From: Minisyncoccota bacterium | Lineage (GTDB): Bacteria; Patescibacteriota; Minisyncoccia; Phycocordibacterales; Phycocordibacteraceae | Direction: 5' to 3' | Assembly: GCA_018062765.1 (NCBI GenBank) | Contig: JAGORR010000001.1 | Span: forward strand, 356,930-420,929 | DNA: 64,000 bases | In this document: positions 27,298-36,945 of the stretch, in pieces | Numbering within the stretch: the stretch's first letter is position 1 | How the letters are laid out: every line of letters starts with the position of its first letter | The notes under the pieces: model-generated | The model's database searches: none | Seen by the model: only the letters and a program-made list of their open reading frames with translations | Told to the model about the DNA's origin: nothing | Made by a program: the position numbers and the translations under genes

Positions 27298-28059
27298 CTA
27301 AAGATCGCCAAGGTGCTTGCGATACTCCAGGTACCGTTCTTGAGGGTTCGCATGCGACAGATAGTCGCGGCCGATAATCGTGACTGTCGCGCCGCTCTCG
27401 TAGGCGAACAGAGTTGTCTCGATGTTCTTCTGGTCATGTGCATTGCCGCCCGGAAGACGTGTTCCAGGAACAACAGTCCGAAGGTCGGGGAACTTCTCCG
27501 AGATCTCCCTCACTTCGTTCGCAGCACAGACGACGCCCCAGAGTCCGGATTCGAGTGCGAAACCGGCAAGCTGCAGCACCTTCTCAAGGCGCCGCATGCC
27601 GTACATCTCGACGCACTGCCGGTCGCTGAGCGAAGTCGGCACGGTAACGCCCAGGATGCCGAAGTCGGTACCGCCGTTGTCATCGAAGGCCTTCACTGCC
27701 GCGCGCATCATCTCCCTCCCGCCGGTAGTGTGGACGGTGATGAGAGAAGCGCCCGCTCTCGTGAACTTCGCGACGCTGTTTGCGACCGTGTTAGGTATGT
27801 CGTGCAGCTTTGGGTCTGCGAAGACATGTCCGTACTCTTTCAGAATCTCGATGAGCGTCGTAGCACCTACTTCGCCGATGAGCGCGTCATTTACCTTGAC
27901 GCCGAGGAAACGCTCCTTGTTGTCGGATGCCACCGATATCGCGGTGCCAAGAGACATCCCGTCGAGCGCGAGAAACGCAGACTCATGCAGGCGAAACACA
28001 CGTGTCGATTCGGTCACAGTGACCTCCCAAGGCTCAGAATTGAGCCATTCCGGACGCAC
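27298..28059 (-). CDS. pyrF: Orotidine 5'-phosphate decarboxylase
   Basis: KLHDIPNTV active-site motif (K.HDIPNT) and an N-terminal LALDG...KVND segment. Confidence 0.8.
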   Translation of the reverse strand: MRPEWLNSEPWEVTVTESTRVFRLHESAFLALDGMSLGTAISVASDNKERFLGVKVNDALIGEVGATTLIEILKEYGHVFADPKLHDIPNTVANSVAKFTRAGASLITVHTTGGREMMRAAVKAFDDNGGTDFGILGVTVPTSLSDRQCVEMYGMRRLEKVLQLAGFALESGLWGVVCAANEVREISEKFPDLRTVVPGTRLPGGNAHDQKNIETTLFAYESGATVTIIGRDYLSHANPQERYLEYRKHLGDL

Positions 28060-28115
28060 CCTACCACAGAGACTACATTCTCAAAAACCGAGGAGTGACG
28101 TAGGATGTGAGCTAC

Positions 28116-28196
28116 GCCGGGGTGGCGAAATGGTAAACGCAGAGGATTCAAAACCCTCCGCCGCAAGGCTTGAGAGTTCAAGTCTCTCCCCCGGCA
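28116..28196 (+). tRNA. tRNA-Leu (anticodon CAA), class II
   Basis: Acceptor GCCGGGG/CCCCGGC, D stem GCG/CGC, anticodon loop TTCAAAA, 13-nt variable arm, T arm GAGAG-TTCAAGT-CTCTC, discriminator A. Confidence 0.8.
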
Positions 28197-28216
28197 CAAA
28201 GCGCGAAGCGCGCATG

Positions 28217-28364
28217 GTCGGGGAGTACCCTGCCTGCGCAGGGTACGTGAGAGACTTGAACGCCGGAGCGATGATTCGTCAGCAGACGAATCCGCGAGGC
28301 AAGGCTATGAAAATTCTCGAGTGACGGCGAGAGAATTATTCCTGGCCAAGCCTTCCCCGGCACA
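28217..28364 (+). repeat. tRNA-Leu-associated structured repeat unit (copy B, plus orientation)
   Basis: 5' GTCGGGG pairs with 3' CCCCGGC-A (acceptor-like); internal GAGAGACTTGAACGCCGGAGCGATG; hairpin GATTCGTC-AGCA-GACGAATC; 3' end CCAAGCCTTCCCCGGCACA. Confidence 0.6.
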
Positions 28365-28385
28365 TGAAGCACGCGCAGCGTGCGA

Positions 28386-28511
28386 AGGGCTCGTGGGTGG
28401 GACTTGAACGCCGGAGCGATGCTTCATCAGCAGATGAAGCCGTGAGCTGGGGTCGCGGAAAATGCCATGTGACGACATGGCATTTATTCGCGACCAAGCC
28501 ACCCCGGCACG
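28386..28511 (+). repeat. tRNA-Leu-associated structured repeat unit (copy C, plus orientation)
   Basis: GGGACTTGAACGCCGGAGCGATG; hairpin GCTTCATC-AGCA-GATGAAGC, which is compensatory relative to copy B; second hairpin ATGCCATGT-gacg-ACATGGCAT; 3' end CCAAGCCACCCCGGCACG. Confidence 0.55.
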
Positions 28512-28555
28512 TGACAAATATGTTGCGCGCATAAGCGCATGCTAAAATCCTTCAC

Positions 28556-29575
28556 ATGACAGAGCCGATGCGATCAGTAGAGCCGACACGATACGACTCC
28601 GTGTATTGGGTCGATACTGACAAGGTCAAACCGAATCCCTATCAGCCCCGGAAGGAGTTCGACGAAGAGCGTCTGAAGTCGCTTGCAGAAAGTATTCGCC
28701 AGTACGGGATACTGCAGCCCTTGACCGTAACACGCGTCGAGATAGCGCGCATGGATGGAGGACTCGCGACCGAGTACGAGCTCATCGCTGGAGAGCGCCG
28801 GCTCCGTGCCTCGAAGCTTATCGGTCTCAAGCAGGTACCGGTCGTTATTCGTATCGGAGAAGAATCAGGCAAGGTAAAGCTCGAGCTTGCCATCATCGAG
28901 AACCTGCAGCGTGAGGACCTTAACGCAATCGACCGAGCGCAGGCACTGAACCAGCTCGTAAAGGAGTTCGATCTCTCTCATGCGGAAGTGGGTGAAAAGA
29001 TAGGACGCTCGCGTGAGTATGTCTCGAACTCCATCCGTCTGTTGGCGCTCCCGCCGCAAGTGCAGCAGGCTGTCGTCAATCGCGAGCTTTCCGAGGGGCA
29101 TGCCCGGGCACTCCTCATGATCGCCGATAAGCCGGTTGAGATGGAAACTCTGTTCAAGGAAATTGTCCTTAAGAAAACGTCTGTGCGCCACGTCGAGCAG
29201 ATGGTGCGTCGACTTGCACAGGACAAGATTCGCAAGCACGACAAGACACCAGAGATGATGGCGCTCGAGAAGTCGCTTACGGAAACCCTAGGTACGCGCG
29301 TCCTCATCGAGAATCGCCCGCAAGGCGGACGTCTCCTCATCGAGTTTTTCTCGCCAGAGGACCTTTCCAATATAGTCTCTCAGCTTGCGACGAAGGAGGA
29401 TACTTCTTTCGGAGAGCCGGGAGCACCAGAGGTGTCCGCAACTTCCCATATCGAACATGCGAACACGTCTCAGATTACGGATGAGGTAGCAACAACTCCG
29501 CTAGCAGCACCAGCACCAGCATCAACAGCAGCAGAGCAGGATGATCTTGATTCCATCAAGAACTTCAGCGTCTAG
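28556..29575 (+). CDS. parB: ParB/Spo0J-family partition protein
   Basis: ParB N-terminal box (LIAGERRLRAS), HTH region and a C-terminal dimerisation region; no parA adjacent. Confidence 0.85.
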   Translation: MTEPMRSVEPTRYDSVYWVDTDKVKPNPYQPRKEFDEERLKSLAESIRQYGILQPLTVTRVEIARMDGGLATEYELIAGERRLRASKLIGLKQVPVVIRIGEESGKVKLELAIIENLQREDLNAIDRAQALNQLVKEFDLSHAEVGEKIGRSREYVSNSIRLLALPPQVQQAVVNRELSEGHARALLMIADKPVEMETLFKEIVLKKTSVRHVEQMVRRLAQDKIRKHDKTPEMMALEKSLTETLGTRVLIENRPQGGRLLIEFFSPEDLSNIVSQLATKEDTSFGEPGAPEVSATSHIEHANTSQITDEVATTPLAAPAPASTAAEQDDLDSIKNFSV

Positions 29576-29582
29576 CGCGTGC

Positions 29583-29692
29583 GTCAAAAAAGCCCCGATA
29601 CTTTGTCACGCATCACTCGAAAACGCTCAACGTACAGATGCGTACGCCTCGCATTTTCTCGATCGCGCTCCTTGTCTCAGGGCTTTTTTGAC
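29583..29692. terminator. Long-range inverted repeat GTCAAAAAAGCCC...(84 nt)...GGGCTTTTTTGAC between convergent parB and rel; likely a bidirectional terminator
   Basis: 13-bp perfect inverted repeat with A6/T6 tracts; internal small hairpin CGTAC-agatgc-GTACG. Confidence 0.5.
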
Positions 29693-29705
29693 AGCACGCG
29701 AGATC

Positions 29706-31352
29706 CTAACGGCGCGTTTTCGGAAGTATCCGCTTTTTCGCGCGCCTCCTCGGTACTGCCGCTTCCGCGACCTTGTGCTCCTTATCGGCGACTTGTAGCC
29801 GAATGTGGCGCTTCGCGAGAGAGGTCTTCGCATACTCGAGCCACTTTTTCGTTGGATGTGCTGAGTCTCGCGTCATAATTTCAACCTGATCTCCGTTACG
29901 AAGCTTCGTATCAAGAGATACAAGCTTGCCGTTAATCTTTGCGCCATTCATGTGGTTACCGAGGTCCGAATGTATAGCGTACGCAAAATCGACAGGGGTA
30001 GATTCGTACGGAAGGTCGATTGCATCGCCTCTCGGAGTGAATACAAATACGCGGTGTGAGAAGAAGTCCTCTTTGAGTCCTTCGATGAATTCTTCTGAGC
30101 CCTCAATTCCTGCGTGACCATCACGTAAATCTCTAAGCCACTGCGGGGTGTCTTTTATTTCTACTGGCGATGTGCCAGGAGCCGTCGGTTTCTTGGAATA
30201 GCGAAGTAGGGACGGAATGAGTCCGCGTATCCAGGAAAGTGAAAGCCGCTCAAATGCGCTCTTCTGACTTGCCGCGTCTAGTTTCTCGATACCCTTACCG
30301 AGCTGCTTGTAGGAAAGGTGTGAAGCGATACCGAACTGCGCGCGCTGGTGCATCTCCTCTGTGCGTACCTGCATCTCTACGATTCCCGCTTCAGCAGTGA
30401 GTGTCGTCGTATGGAGGGACTGATAACCGTTCGGCTTGGGGAACGCGATGTAGTCCTTGAACTCGCCCGGCAATGGTTTCCATAAGGAGTGGATGACACC
30501 AAGCGCCAAGTAACAGTCATCTACCGTAGGCACGATGACGCGAAGCGCCGCTATGTCGTGAATCTTTGTGATGTCGTCATGCTTTCGCTTCAACTTCTGG
30601 TGCAGACTCCAGAGACCCTTTGTGCGAATCTCGGTCTTGAACTTCGTGACGCCGCGCTTGGCGAGCTCTTTTTGGAGCGCTTTCTGTATACGTGCGAGTC
30701 CCTCCTCGTTCTCTTTGGTCTTGAGCTTCCTTACTTCTACCGCGTGCGCATAGGCGTCCGGGTCCACGTAGGGGAATGCCATATCTTCTAACTGCTTTTT
30801 TATACGTCCCATGCCAAGTCGGTCGGCAATCGGTGCGTATATTTCCAACGTCTCCATCGCGATGCGCTTACGCTTCTCCTCAGGCACATGCTCGATAGTC
30901 GTCATGTTATGGAAACGGTCGAGAAGCTTCACGATGAGTACGCGGATATCAGCAGAAGTAGCGACCAAGAGGCGTCTAAGGCTCTCTGCATGACGCTCGG
31001 CGCCCCGATACTTGTGCTTCCCGAGCTTCGTCACTCCTTCGACAAGAAAAAGGACTTCCTTGCCAAACTCGCGCTCGACTTCTTCGGATGTGGCCTTCGC
31101 GTCTTCGATTGAATCATGTAAAAGACCTGCGGCTATCGCAGGTGCATCCATGCCAAACTCCGCTAAATGCTTCGCGACAGCGGATGGGTGTACGAAATAC
31201 GGCTCACCGGAATAGCGCGCGTGTCCCTCATGCGCTCTCTTTCCAAACTCGTACGCTTTTGTGATAAGGGCGATGTCCTCTGCAGAGGGACTTCGCATGG
31301 CTGCCACAATCTCTTTGGCGCTCGTCACGGCTACAGCATACCAAATCGGCAC
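29706..31352 (-). CDS. rel: Bifunctional (p)ppGpp synthetase/hydrolase (RelA/SpoT homolog), 548 aa
   Basis: N-terminal HD domain (HD...LLHDSIED), RelA/SpoT synthetase region and a TGS-like C-terminus; shorter than canonical Rel. Confidence 0.85.
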   Translation of the reverse strand: MPIWYAVAVTSAKEIVAAMRSPSAEDIALITKAYEFGKRAHEGHARYSGEPYFVHPSAVAKHLAEFGMDAPAIAAGLLHDSIEDAKATSEEVEREFGKEVLFLVEGVTKLGKHKYRGAERHAESLRRLLVATSADIRVLIVKLLDRFHNMTTIEHVPEEKRKRIAMETLEIYAPIADRLGMGRIKKQLEDMAFPYVDPDAYAHAVEVRKLKTKENEEGLARIQKALQKELAKRGVTKFKTEIRTKGLWSLHQKLKRKHDDITKIHDIAALRVIVPTVDDCYLALGVIHSLWKPLPGEFKDYIAFPKPNGYQSLHTTTLTAEAGIVEMQVRTEEMHQRAQFGIASHLSYKQLGKGIEKLDAASQKSAFERLSLSWIRGLIPSLLRYSKKPTAPGTSPVEIKDTPQWLRDLRDGHAGIEGSEEFIEGLKEDFFSHRVFVFTPRGDAIDLPYESTPVDFAYAIHSDLGNHMNGAKINGKLVSLDTKLRNGDQVEIMTRDSAHPTKKWLEYAKTSLAKRHIRLQVADKEHKVAEAAVPRRRAKKRILPKTRR

Positions 31353-31373
31353 TCTCGACGACAGAATGCGAAG

Positions 31374-33803
31374 TTACTTGAGGTATTCGAGTGCCTCGAC
31401 AACAGAAAGCGAGTGAGGAGAAACGCTTTCGGGAATGTAGATGCGCCGCAGACCCTTCTTAAGGAAATGACCCTGCTTTGACTTATAGAGAATGACTGTC
31501 TTTCCGGTGCGCGGATGCTTACCCAGTTCCTTCATGCTCTCAACGCCGCGTGGCGGCTTCTTCGGCTCCTTGATGAGCGCGAGCGCGTGCTCGAGAGTGA
31601 TTGTATAAGGGTCCAGAGGCGCCTTTAACGAACGAAACTCGCCATCATGGACTACGAACGGGCCGAATCGACCGACTCCCGACGAAATCATCTTCCCGGT
31701 GTCGGGGTTCACGCCAAGTTCTCGCGGAAGCGATAGCCACTTCACCGCGTCGGCAAGGGTGATGGTAGCGAGGTCAGTTCCAGGAGGGACGCTGGCGCGC
31801 TTCGCTTCAATCTTCACCTTCTTAGGTTTTTTGGCTCGCGCCGGTTTCTTCGCTGCTTTTCTCTTCTTGGGTTTCTCTTCTTCCTTGGGCTCCTCAGTCA
31901 GGCTGTCAGCTACCAGCTCTGAGCTAACAGCTTGTTTCAATGGCATCTCCACATACGGGCCGAAGCGTCCGGTTTTGATGTATACGGGCATCCCGGTGTC
32001 CGGGTGCGTGCCGATAGGCTCATCCGGACGTATCTCGGTTCCATCCTCGCCGCGCGCACCTTCGCACTCCGGGTAGCGCTTGCAGCTCATGAATACACCA
32101 CCACGCCCGAGCTTGAATTCCATCGCGCTCTCACAGTCAGGGCAATGGAACTTCTCAGGGACGTCACCCAGCGAAGTCGCTTTCGGCAGATCCTCCTTCG
32201 CATCGACCGCTTTCCTGAACGGCTTATAGAATTCCGCGAGCGTCTTCTCGTACTCGCGTTCGCCGCGCGCTATCTCGTCGAGCTCGTCCTCCATCTCAGC
32301 CGTGAATGAATCGCTGATGTACTCGGCAAAATGCTCCTCGAGCCACCCCGACACCACCATGCCGGTAGCCGTAGGCATCAAGGTACGTCCTTCCTTGAGA
32401 GCATACTCGCGGTCCTGGATTGTCTTCATGATGGACGCGTACGTCGATGGGCGGCCGATGCCGCGCTTCTCAAGCTCCTTCACAAGCCCTGCCTCGGTGT
32501 AGCGGTTGGGCGGCTCCGTCTGCTTCTCGGTCCCTTCGAGAGACTTCAACTCGACGACCTCTCCCTCAGCGAGCTTCGGAAGCTCCACGTCCTCACCGCG
32601 CGCTTTGGTGTCGAGCGCGAGCCATCCAGGGAAGGTAACGCGGGAGCCGTTCGCGGTAAACGCAGGTACACCCGGCGTCGCAACCGATACGCTCGTGCGC
32701 AACACCTTGGCTGCTGCCATCTGGCTCGCAAGCGCACGCGTACGGATGAGCTCATAGAGATTCGCCTCATCGGTCGTCGAGCCGGCTTTCTCGCGCGCAG
32801 GGTCAGTCGGGCGCACTGCCTCGTGCGCTTCCTGAGCATTCTTCGACTTGGTCTTGTATTCCCGACGGTCGACGTACTCCTTGCCGAACTTCCTCTCGAC
32901 GATGCTGAGTATCGCGTTTACGGCATCCTTGCCTAGATTCACGGAGTCCGTGCGCATGTAGGTGATGTGACCGGCTTCATAGAGCTTCTGCGCGGCGCGC
33001 ATGGTGCGTGATGGCGAGAATCCGAGACGCGTAGAAGCAACCTGTTGCAGGGTGGAGGTCGTGAACGGCGGACGGGGATTACGATCCTCCGCACGCTCTA
33101 CGACCTTTGCGACAGACCATGCGCCTGCCTTGCCTGCAGCCAGGAGCTTGTCCGCTTCCTCGCGTGTCTTCGGCTCTTCGGAACAGGTCGCGGAGAATTC
33201 CCCGCTCTTCGCCTTGAAAAGTGCGGAGAGCACGAAATACGTCACCGGAACGAATGCCTGGATCTCGCGCTCGCGCTCGGCGAGTATGCGAAGCGCAGGG
33301 GACTGCACGCGGCCGGCGGAGAGCCCGTAGCGCACTTTCTTCCAGATAAGGCCCGAGAGGTCGTACCCCACGATGCGGTCGAGGACGCGGCGCGCCTCCT
33401 GCGCCTTTCTGAGGTCCTCATCTATATGGCGCGGGTGCGTAAGCGCTTCCTCAATGGCCGCCTTGGTGATCTCATGGAATACGACGCGCTTAGGGTGTTT
33501 CAGTCCAACCGCCTCCTTTATATGCCACGAGATGGCCTCGCCCTCGCGATCGGGGTCGGTCGCAAGGTATATCTCATCCGCCTTCGCAGCAGCCCGTCTG
33601 ATGCGTTCGATAACGTCGAGCTTTCCAGGGGAAATGATGTAGTGAGGACGGAATCCCTTCTCGATATCTATAGCGTTCTTGTCGCTTTTCGGGAGGTCAC
33701 GCACGTGACCCACGGAGGCAAGCACCTCGTATTCCTTACCGAGGTACTGCTGTATGGTGCGCGCTTTCGCGGGCGACTCGACTATGAGCAGCTTCTTCGC
33801 CAT
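31374..33803 (-). CDS. topA: DNA topoisomerase I
   Basis: TOPRIM N-terminus MAKKLLIVESPAKARTI; C-terminal Zn-ribbon-like repeats and a Lys-rich tail. Confidence 0.95.
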   Translation of the reverse strand: MAKKLLIVESPAKARTIQQYLGKEYEVLASVGHVRDLPKSDKNAIDIEKGFRPHYIISPGKLDVIERIRRAAAKADEIYLATDPDREGEAISWHIKEAVGLKHPKRVVFHEITKAAIEEALTHPRHIDEDLRKAQEARRVLDRIVGYDLSGLIWKKVRYGLSAGRVQSPALRILAEREREIQAFVPVTYFVLSALFKAKSGEFSATCSEEPKTREEADKLLAAGKAGAWSVAKVVERAEDRNPRPPFTTSTLQQVASTRLGFSPSRTMRAAQKLYEAGHITYMRTDSVNLGKDAVNAILSIVERKFGKEYVDRREYKTKSKNAQEAHEAVRPTDPAREKAGSTTDEANLYELIRTRALASQMAAAKVLRTSVSVATPGVPAFTANGSRVTFPGWLALDTKARGEDVELPKLAEGEVVELKSLEGTEKQTEPPNRYTEAGLVKELEKRGIGRPSTYASIMKTIQDREYALKEGRTLMPTATGMVVSGWLEEHFAEYISDSFTAEMEDELDEIARGEREYEKTLAEFYKPFRKAVDAKEDLPKATSLGDVPEKFHCPDCESAMEFKLGRGGVFMSCKRYPECEGARGEDGTEIRPDEPIGTHPDTGMPVYIKTGRFGPYVEMPLKQAVSSELVADSLTEEPKEEEKPKKRKAAKKPARAKKPKKVKIEAKRASVPPGTDLATITLADAVKWLSLPRELGVNPDTGKMISSGVGRFGPFVVHDGEFRSLKAPLDPYTITLEHALALIKEPKKPPRGVESMKELGKHPRTGKTVILYKSKQGHFLKKGLRRIYIPESVSPHSLSVVEALEYLK

Positions 33804-33864
33804 TCAGTCAGTCATAACGCGACACTATATATATGGTCAAGCATCGAATATGCGATGAAGGCGA

Positions 33865-34722
33865 CTACACGCGTCTCCACAGGCCGAATTCCTCACGGAC
33901 GAAGCCATTCAATTCGAGTGATGCGAGCGCGGAAAGCGCACGACCGGCTGGAAGGCTCGTAGCACGCAACAGGTCATCGCGGGACAACGGCTCAACTAGG
34001 GCGTCATGCATGACACGCTCATCATCGGACATCGCCTGCGAGGGCGAAGCGAGAGCAGAACGTTCCTGTATGCCGAGAACCTCAAGGATATGGGCAGGCT
34101 CAGAGACGAGTACGGCACCAAGGCGTATGAAAAGGTGCGCCCCAAATCCGCCTGGGTCGCCGATGCGGTAGGGAACGCAGAGCAGGTCGCGGTTATAGTC
34201 GGTCGCGAGCCTTGCGGTAATGAGCGTCCCGGACTTTTCACCGGCTTCGATGATCAGAGTCCCCGCGGACATTCCCGCCATGATGCGGTTACGAGACGGG
34301 AAGAACTCGGGGCGAGCAAGCGTACCTGGTGCGTGCTCCGAAAGAAGTGCTCCTCCCGAGCCCAGTATCCGCTTCGCGAGCGCTTGATTAGTCACGGGCG
34401 CTATCGAATCATCATCTATCGCGGAGCCTGGTATGGCGATCGTATGGAGTCCGGTACGGAGCGCTGCCTCGTGCGCGCAGGCGTCTGCACCCAATGCAAG
34501 ACCCGAGACGATGGATACGGGATAGCCGCGAAGCCCTGTGATCAGTTTCGTGCATGCTTCGCGCCCGTACGAGGAAAGCGCGCGGGAACCGACGACTGCG
34601 AGATATGTCGTACCTTCCGGCGCGAGCGTGCCGCGCAGCCAGAGCGAAGGCGGCGCATCAGGAATCTCCCGGAGCAGCGCCGGATATTCGCTTGCTTCAA
34701 GTTGTCGCAAGCCCTCCGCCAT
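33865..34722 (-). CDS. dprA: DNA processing protein DprA (Smf)
   Basis: Rossmann-like DprA core (AVVGSR...); conserved dprA-topA synteny. Confidence 0.8.
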   Translation of the reverse strand: MAEGLRQLEASEYPALLREIPDAPPSLWLRGTLAPEGTTYLAVVGSRALSSYGREACTKLITGLRGYPVSIVSGLALGADACAHEAALRTGLHTIAIPGSAIDDDSIAPVTNQALAKRILGSGGALLSEHAPGTLARPEFFPSRNRIMAGMSAGTLIIEAGEKSGTLITARLATDYNRDLLCVPYRIGDPGGFGAHLFIRLGAVLVSEPAHILEVLGIQERSALASPSQAMSDDERVMHDALVEPLSRDDLLRATSLPAGRALSALASLELNGFVREEFGLWRRV

Positions 34723-34742
34723 ACTATGCTGGCTAAGTATAT

Positions 34743-36059
34743 ATGCTGGATATCCACTTCATCCGCGAGAATGCTGACATCGTGAAGATGGCAGCCCAGA
34801 AGAAGAAGGTCGATGTCGATATCGATCGCCTCCTCGTCGTCGACGAAGAACGAAAGGCGATACGACAGCAATTGGACGACAAGCGCGCCGAGCAGAACCG
34901 AGCATCCGGACGAATCTCGCTTGCGGGCGGTGAGGAGCGCTCGAAACTCATAGAGTCCATGCAGCACCTGAAGGAGGGTATGAAGGAGCTCGAGGAGCAG
35001 TTCACTAAGGCGACCGAGGAGTGGACGAAGCTCATGCTCGCGGTCCCTAATCTCCCGTCTCCGGACACTCCGGAGGGCGAGGACGAGGCAGGTAACAAAG
35101 TGGTGCGCGAGTGGGGTAAGCCGACTGCGTTTTCGTTCGCACCCAAGGCGCACTGGGATATCGGTCGCGACCTCGACATCATCGATACCGATACCGCAGG
35201 CGCGGTTTCCGGCGCGCGGTTCTCATACCTTAAGGGTGACCTCGCGATGATGCAGTTCGCGCTCATCCAATTCGCGATGAAGACGCTCACTTCGCGAGAA
35301 ACTTTGGAGAAGATAGCGCAGGAGGCAGGGCTTGAGGTGGACACGCGCCCGTTCGTGCCGGTCATCCCGCCCGTGATGGTGCGCGCAGAGGTCGCCGGCC
35401 GCATGGCACGCCTGCATCCTTTGGACGAGCGCTACTACTTTGAGAAGGACGACATCCTCCTGGTCGGGAGCGCCGAGCATACCCTGGGTCCTATACACAT
35501 GGACCAGATTCTCGAGGACGAGCGGCTGCCGATACGGTATGTCGGCTATTCGACCGCATTCCGGCGCGAAGCCGGTGCTGCCGGGAAGGACACGCGCGGG
35601 ATACTGCGCCAGCATCAGTTCGATAAGATAGAGATGGAGAGCTTCACCAGGCCCGAGGACGGATACAAGGAGCAGGATTTCTTCGTCGCGATACAGGAAT
35701 ACCTCATGCGTTCCCTGGAGCTCCCGCACCAGACGTTGATCGTCTGCACTGGCGATATGGGAAAGCCCGATCAGCGGCAGTTCGATATCAATACGTGGAT
35801 GCCGGGACAGGATACCTATCGCGAGACGCACACTTCCGACTACATGGGAAGCTATCAGGCGCGTCGCCTCAATACGCGCGTCAGGCTCGCGTCCGGCGAT
35901 ACGACGCCGGTGCATATGAACGACGCCACCGCATTCGCCATCGGCCGTACCCTTATAGCGATACTCGAGAACTACCAGCAGGAGGACGGGAGCGTGCGCG
36001 TTCCGACGGTACTCGTTCCTTATGTCGGCAAAGAGATCCTGGGACATAACGCCGGGTAA
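34743..36059 (+). CDS. serS: Seryl-tRNA synthetase
   Basis: N-terminal coiled-coil arm and class II aaRS core motifs; 438 aa. Confidence 0.9.
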   Translation: MLDIHFIRENADIVKMAAQKKKVDVDIDRLLVVDEERKAIRQQLDDKRAEQNRASGRISLAGGEERSKLIESMQHLKEGMKELEEQFTKATEEWTKLMLAVPNLPSPDTPEGEDEAGNKVVREWGKPTAFSFAPKAHWDIGRDLDIIDTDTAGAVSGARFSYLKGDLAMMQFALIQFAMKTLTSRETLEKIAQEAGLEVDTRPFVPVIPPVMVRAEVAGRMARLHPLDERYYFEKDDILLVGSAEHTLGPIHMDQILEDERLPIRYVGYSTAFRREAGAAGKDTRGILRQHQFDKIEMESFTRPEDGYKEQDFFVAIQEYLMRSLELPHQTLIVCTGDMGKPDQRQFDINTWMPGQDTYRETHTSDYMGSYQARRLNTRVRLASGDTTPVHMNDATAFAIGRTLIAILENYQQEDGSVRVPTVLVPYVGKEILGHNAG

Positions 36060-36930
36060 GAAGAGCGCGTCCGCTGGCGCGTCTTCACGCAGACCCGCGC
36101 CGAAAGCGGGCAAACGTGTCGATACCTCCGTGCCTTTGCGGGCGCGCAGGAAGCGAGCCCGTAATCGCTCGCTCGTCATAGCGTGCGTCGTCCTCGCGCT
36201 TCTTGCGGGAGGTGCGATCTACGCGCTTAATCATCCGTCGCTACGCATACGGACGATCGAGACGGATGGCGCGCACAAGCTCGAGATGGAAGCGATAGCG
36301 AAAACCGCCATGGGGGGTACGTTCATCGGCGTGATACCGCAGGACTCGATACTCTTTTTCTCACAGCACGAGATACGCTCCTCGATACTCGCGAAGCTTC
36401 CGGATGTTTCCGCGCTCTCCATACAACGCACCGGGCTTTCCTCGATACGCATCTCGGCGGTCGAACGCGCGGAGGCCTTCTCATGGTGCGGAGTTTCAGC
36501 GGCCCTTCCCGCCGCAGGATGCTACGAGGCCGATGGCGAGGGGTTTATCTACCGGCTCCGAGAGAGTGCTACTACATTGCTGCGTATCTATGCGCCCCTT
36601 GCAGACGGCGACACGGAGCCGGTGGGTGCGACCGTGGAAGCCGCGCGACAGGTACCCTTCGCGCTCCAGCTCGTACGCGCTATAGAGTCCTTGGGTGCTG
36701 GCGTCGAGTCTGTGGAGCTGCGGGGAGATGAGGCAGATCTCTATGTATACGGCAGCCGCTCCCGCATCACGTATATCCTCGGGCAGGAGGCCGCGGCAGC
36801 GGCCCTCGCTGCGAGCGTGATGCCGACGATCTCCATGACGGATGGGTCCATCGACTACCTGGATCTCCGCTTCGAGGGGAAGGCATACGTGAGCCGCAGG
36901 CAATCCCCAGTAGACAACGCCGCAGAGTGA
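36022..36930 (+). CDS. FtsQ/DivIB-like cell-division protein (basic cytoplasmic tail, TM helix, POTRA-like region)
   Basis: 302 aa; KRARNRSLVIACVVLALLAGGAIY TM helix, then ...LRIRTIETDGAHKLEMEAI...ISAVERAEAFSW, which is POTRA/FtsQ-like; the ATG at 36022 overlaps the serS 3' end by 38 nt, so the true start is uncertain. Confidence 0.45.
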   Translation: MSAKRSWDITPGKKSASAGASSRRPAPKAGKRVDTSVPLRARRKRARNRSLVIACVVLALLAGGAIYALNHPSLRIRTIETDGAHKLEMEAIAKTAMGGTFIGVIPQDSILFFSQHEIRSSILAKLPDVSALSIQRTGLSSIRISAVERAEAFSWCGVSAALPAAGCYEADGEGFIYRLRESATTLLRIYAPLADGDTEPVGATVEAARQVPFALQLVRAIESLGAGVESVELRGDEADLYVYGSRSRITYILGQEAAAAALAASVMPTISMTDGSIDYLDLRFEGKAYVSRRQSPVDNAAE

Positions 36931-36945
36931 TATAAGACTTTACGT

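Noticed and set aside
28014-28532. Three overlapping minus-strand ORFs with similar peptides (…LNPLRLPFRHPGV, …HRSGVQV…)
   Set aside because: They are translations of the antisense strand of tRNA-Leu(CAA) and of repeat units B and C. The peptide similarity simply reflects the nucleotide repeats. The same artefact explains the 46-aa N-terminal extension of the aminotransferase track ORF (antisense of tRNA-Leu(TAA)) and the ORFs at 11921-12416.
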